Positions 62,436 to 64,000 of a DNA stretch of 64,000 nucleotides are shown here, piece by piece (positions within the stretch are counted from its first letter, which is position 1; the number at the start of each line of letters is the position of its first letter). A program made the translations under genes and the position numbers. This DNA is from Octopus sinensis (Eukaryota), in the NCBI RefSeq assembly GCF_006345805.1, contig NC_042999.1:14260001-14324000 (forward strand), given 5' to 3'. The notes below the pieces were generated by a model. It saw nothing but the letters and a program-made list of their open reading frames with translations. It searched no databases and had not been told where the DNA came from.

Positions 62436-62525
62436 TGTATGTATGCATGCATGTATGTATGTATGTATGCATGTATGTATGCATGTATGTATGTATGTAT
62501 GTGTGTGTGTATGTTTTGTTTTATG

Positions 62526-62572
<47 letters not shown>

Positions 62573-62714
62573 GTGTGTTTGCATACATGTATGTATGTAT
62601 GTATGTATGTATGTATGTATGTATGTATGTATGTATGTATGTATGTATGTATGTATTGTTTTCTCTAGTTTCAGCTCAGAGCTGCGGCCATGCTGATGCA
62701 CCGCCGTTATGTAT

Positions 62715-63690
62715 GTACTTTCTTGGAATCTTCTGATGAACGAGCTGGTTTCCAACTGTAGTTGGAATGCAGGTAGCAAAAACAAGATCATATTTTAAAC
62801 TTGAGAAAGTCTAGTTCATTTCTACTCTTCCACATTCAGATTGTATTATGGCAGGTGCATGTTAGGTAGCTGATTTCCATTCCTGAAAACCACAGCTAAC
62901 CCAGCTTGCAGTTGTCCGTAGTTACCCTCTTTATGATTTTCGTAGAGTTATTCATATCAGCGTCACAGCTGATCTCTACGACGGTACATACATTTTTTTG
63001 TCTGTCCCAAACAACAATACCCAGGCTATTATGTTTACACTTGACAAAAGTTTTGATGAGAATGTTCCACAATATATTTTGTGATGTTTGTATATGTATA
63101 TTCTAGGACAGCCCTTTTTTGCGAATGGCATTGTATATTGTTTTGGCGACAACTTCATGTCGCATAGGAAGGTAGTACCTATTTCTTTACTACCCACAAG
63201 GGGCTAAACACAGAGAGGACAAACAAGGACAGACAAACGGATTAAGTCGATTATATCGACCCCAGTGCGTAACTGGTACTTATTTAATCGACCCCGAAAG
63301 GATGAAAGACAAAGTCGACCTCGGCGGAATTTGAACTCAGAACGTAACGGCAGACGAAATACGGATACGCATTTCGCCCGGCGTGCTAACGTTTCTGCCA
63401 GCTCAGTACCTTGGTGAAATTTTTGGGAAGCTACTAATCACATGTCTGATGTCTTTCACAGAAATATGATATAACATACAGTTTCATTTGCATCTCGGGG
63501 TTCCAATAGTTTAATTGTCTTTCTTGTTTACTAGCTGTTTTGTAGCAATCGCACGTTCTTAAATTACAAAGCGTAGCCATCGAAGTGTAAAGTGATGTAG
63601 CAGCCACGAATCCAAAAGAGGCTGCACTTCACGTCGCTATTCCTGCCCATGGATAGTCTCTTTTTGGTATGCTGAGCGTTTCACATCCAA
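62715..63690 (-). mobile_element. Older R4/Dong-like C-terminal remnant split by a SINE B insertion
   Basis: YITLHFDGYAL..VKDIRHVISSFPKISPRY | YLPMRHEVVAKTIYNAIRKK..KCKHNS..VVWDRQKNVCTVVEISC, homologous to 53578-54400. Confidence 0.75.
63181..63404 (-). mobile_element. SINE family B with 7-bp TSD
   Basis: AGTACCT at 63174-63180 and 63405-63411. Confidence 0.9.
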
Positions 63691-63699
63691 TTTTTGAAG

Positions 63700-64000
63700 T
63701 ATGTTTAATTTAATTTAATTTAATTTAATTTAATTTTTAATTGGCTCAAAAAGCAAAAGCAAGGCCATGTAGGGGGACAGGGAGTTATGTACAGGGAGGA
63801 TGGTCATACAAAGAGTTCAGGCCATTTCTGGTCAAGAGAGACTTTGAACCGAGCGGACGTCGGCCGGCTGTTTTGAGGATTATATGGGAGGTCATCAGGA
63901 AGAGAGTACTTCCTGAGGAGCTTACTGCCAAAGGTGTTCTCTTTGTTTTTCAGTACTAAATTTATGTATTTATTTTTGCTGATGTTGTTTAGCAGAAATT
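63700..64000 (-). mobile_element. LINE 3' end (CR1/L2-like) with (TAAAT)n tail, continuing out of window
   Basis: Reading frame ends ..PTSARFKVSLDQKWPELFV*, then a short UTR and (AATTA)n. Confidence 0.5.

Overview
This is AT-rich, repeat-saturated eukaryotic DNA with no recognisable host protein-coding exon, rRNA, complete tRNA or CRISPR array. The SINE families and extreme microsatellite load look like an octopus (coleoid cephalopod) genome; that assignment is from recognition of the repeats and is unverified. Almost every ORF in the supplied track is a microsatellite artefact or a transposon remnant. The window contains: (i) five or more tRNA-headed SINE families, labelled A-E here; (ii) a Tc1/mariner cluster at 6.1-13.2 kb, including one element nested in another; (iii) R4/Dong-like RT plus restriction-like-endonuclease LINEs, one lineage embedded in (TAA)n and another in (TACA)n; (iv) RTE and CR1-like LINE fragments, a lone zinc-knuckle ORF1, Helitron ends and several fold-back/MITE elements. 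The most striking observations are: a 482-bp spacer-less palindrome (13255-13736, one mismatch seen) whose arms each carry a hammerhead-ribozyme-like fold; head-less SINE multimers with an exact 184-bp period at three independent loci; a 553-bp non-coding element that shares the (TAA)n niche of the Dong-like LINE; and a frameshift shared by two Dong-like copies. Coordinates were read by eye: TIR, TSD and hairpin ends are close to exact, while ends of degraded elements are approximate.
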